Shown here piece after piece: positions 1 to 402 of a DNA stretch of 402 bases. The notes beneath the pieces were generated by a model. It made no database searches. It worked only from the letters and a program-made list of their open reading frames with translations, and had not been told where the DNA came from. Position numbers and translations under genes: made by a program. The stretch is from Escherichia coli (GTDB taxonomy: Bacteria > Pseudomonadota > Gammaproteobacteria > Enterobacterales > Enterobacteriaceae): the NCBI RefSeq assembly GCF_003334335.1, contig NZ_QOWQ01000198.1, one strand, 5' to 3'. Positions within the stretch are counted from its first letter, which is position 1. Each line of letters starts with the position of its first letter.

Positions 1-402
1 AATGGCTTTAAGCTGTTCCGCGAAAAACTGGATACCCGTCGCGGCTCAAATTCACAACTCGAAACGGCAGTGAAAGACCTGGGGTCGGTGGTGTCTTTCA
101 AGGGGTATTACGGTGATCTGGCCATTGTGGTGGCGAAAACGTCTTATGTGGCAGAGGACGGTACCGAAAAACGTTATCTGCCGGAGGGCACGCTGGTCCT
201 GGGAAATACGGCTGCTGAGGGCATCCGTTGCTATGGTGCCATTCAGGATGCGCAGGCGTTGTCCGAAGGTGTGGTGGCCTCTTCCCGTTATCCGAAACAC
301 TGGATGACCGTGGGCGATCCGGCCCGTGAATTCACCATGACGCAGTCCGCTCCGCTGATGGTGCTGCCGGATCCGGATGAGTTTGTGGTGGTACAGGTGA
401 AA
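1..402 (+). CDS. Phage major capsid protein, lambda gpE-like (Phage_cap_E family); internal fragment, truncated at both window edges, covering roughly the last 134 residues before the C-terminus
   Basis: Seen in sequence: frame 1 on the + strand is open across all 402 bases (134 codons, no stop), which is why it is absent from the ORF track that lists only bounded ORFs. Codon usage is enterobacterial in style (ctg, ccg, gcg, cgt, gaa and aaa preferred). Established knowledge (from recollection, not a search): the translation aligns co-linearly with the C-terminal region of bacteriophage lambda major capsid protein E, sharing blocks such as EKLDTRRGSNS-LETAVKDLG, KG-YGD-AIVV, LVLGNT, YG-IQDA, RYPK-W-T-GDPAREFTM-QSAPLM and PDEF-VQ. 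Inference: lambda gpE ends a few residues after the PDEFVSVQLA-like motif, so the stop codon probably lies just beyond base 402. Confidence 0.9.

Noticed and set aside
1-60. Possible start codon at bases 2-4 (atg) near the window edge
   Set aside because: That atg is in frame 2 and runs into a stop after about 22 codons. The real reading frame is frame 1, which enters the window already open and aligns to the middle of gpE-like proteins, so no gene start lies here.
52-300. 82-aa ORF on the minus strand from the supplied ORF track (MFRITGRGHHTFGQRLRILNG...)
   Set aside because: It lies entirely antisense to the strongly supported capsid reading frame. Its Arg/His-rich, low-complexity composition is what is expected from reading the reverse complement of a GC-rich coding sequence, and it has no recognisable domain features. 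Judged a shadow ORF, not a gene.
113-307. 64-aa ORF on the + strand in frame 2 from the supplied ORF track (MIWPLWWRKRLMWQRTVPKNVICRRARW...)
   Set aside because: It is an out-of-frame overlap with the capsid CDS. The Trp/Arg-rich composition is typical of off-frame translation of enterobacterial coding DNA, and a nested gene is not supported by anything in the sequence.
326-335. 10-bp palindrome gtgaattcac centred on an EcoRI-type gaattc site
   Set aside because: Short palindromes of this size occur by chance in coding DNA. It encodes the conserved R-E-F-T residues, and there is no flanking stem, T-tract or repeat partner to suggest a regulatory or structural role.
367-378. Overlapping perfect palindromes ccggatccgg (367-376) and atccggat (371-378), containing a BamHI-type ggatcc site
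   Set aside because: They arise from the in-frame tandem codon pair ccg-gat-ccg-gat encoding Pro-Asp-Pro-Asp within the capsid protein. They are too short and too embedded in coding sequence to call as an operator, terminator or recombination site.

Overview
The whole window is an internal, C-terminal-proximal fragment of a single protein-coding gene on the + strand (frame 1, open from base 1 to 402, no start or stop inside the window). Its 134-codon translation (NGFKLFREKLDTRRGSNSQLETAVKDLGSVVSFKGYYGDLAIVVAKTSYVAEDGTEKRYLPEGTLVLGNTAAEGIRCYGAIQDAQALSEGVVASSRYPKHWMTVGDPAREFTMTQSAPLMVLPDPDEFVVVQVK) closely resembles the C-terminal third of the lambda-type major capsid protein gpE (Phage_cap_E family). 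The two ORFs in the supplied track (52..300 on -, 113..307 on +) are off-frame or antisense to this gene and are judged spurious. The window is therefore part of the head-morphogenesis module of a lambdoid phage or prophage, probably in an enterobacterial host judging by codon usage. I see no RNA gene, CRISPR array, mobile-element end, promoter or terminator, and no evidence of a novel system in these 402 bases; the only mildly interesting point is that the capsid protein is a diverged gpE homologue rather than lambda gpE itself.
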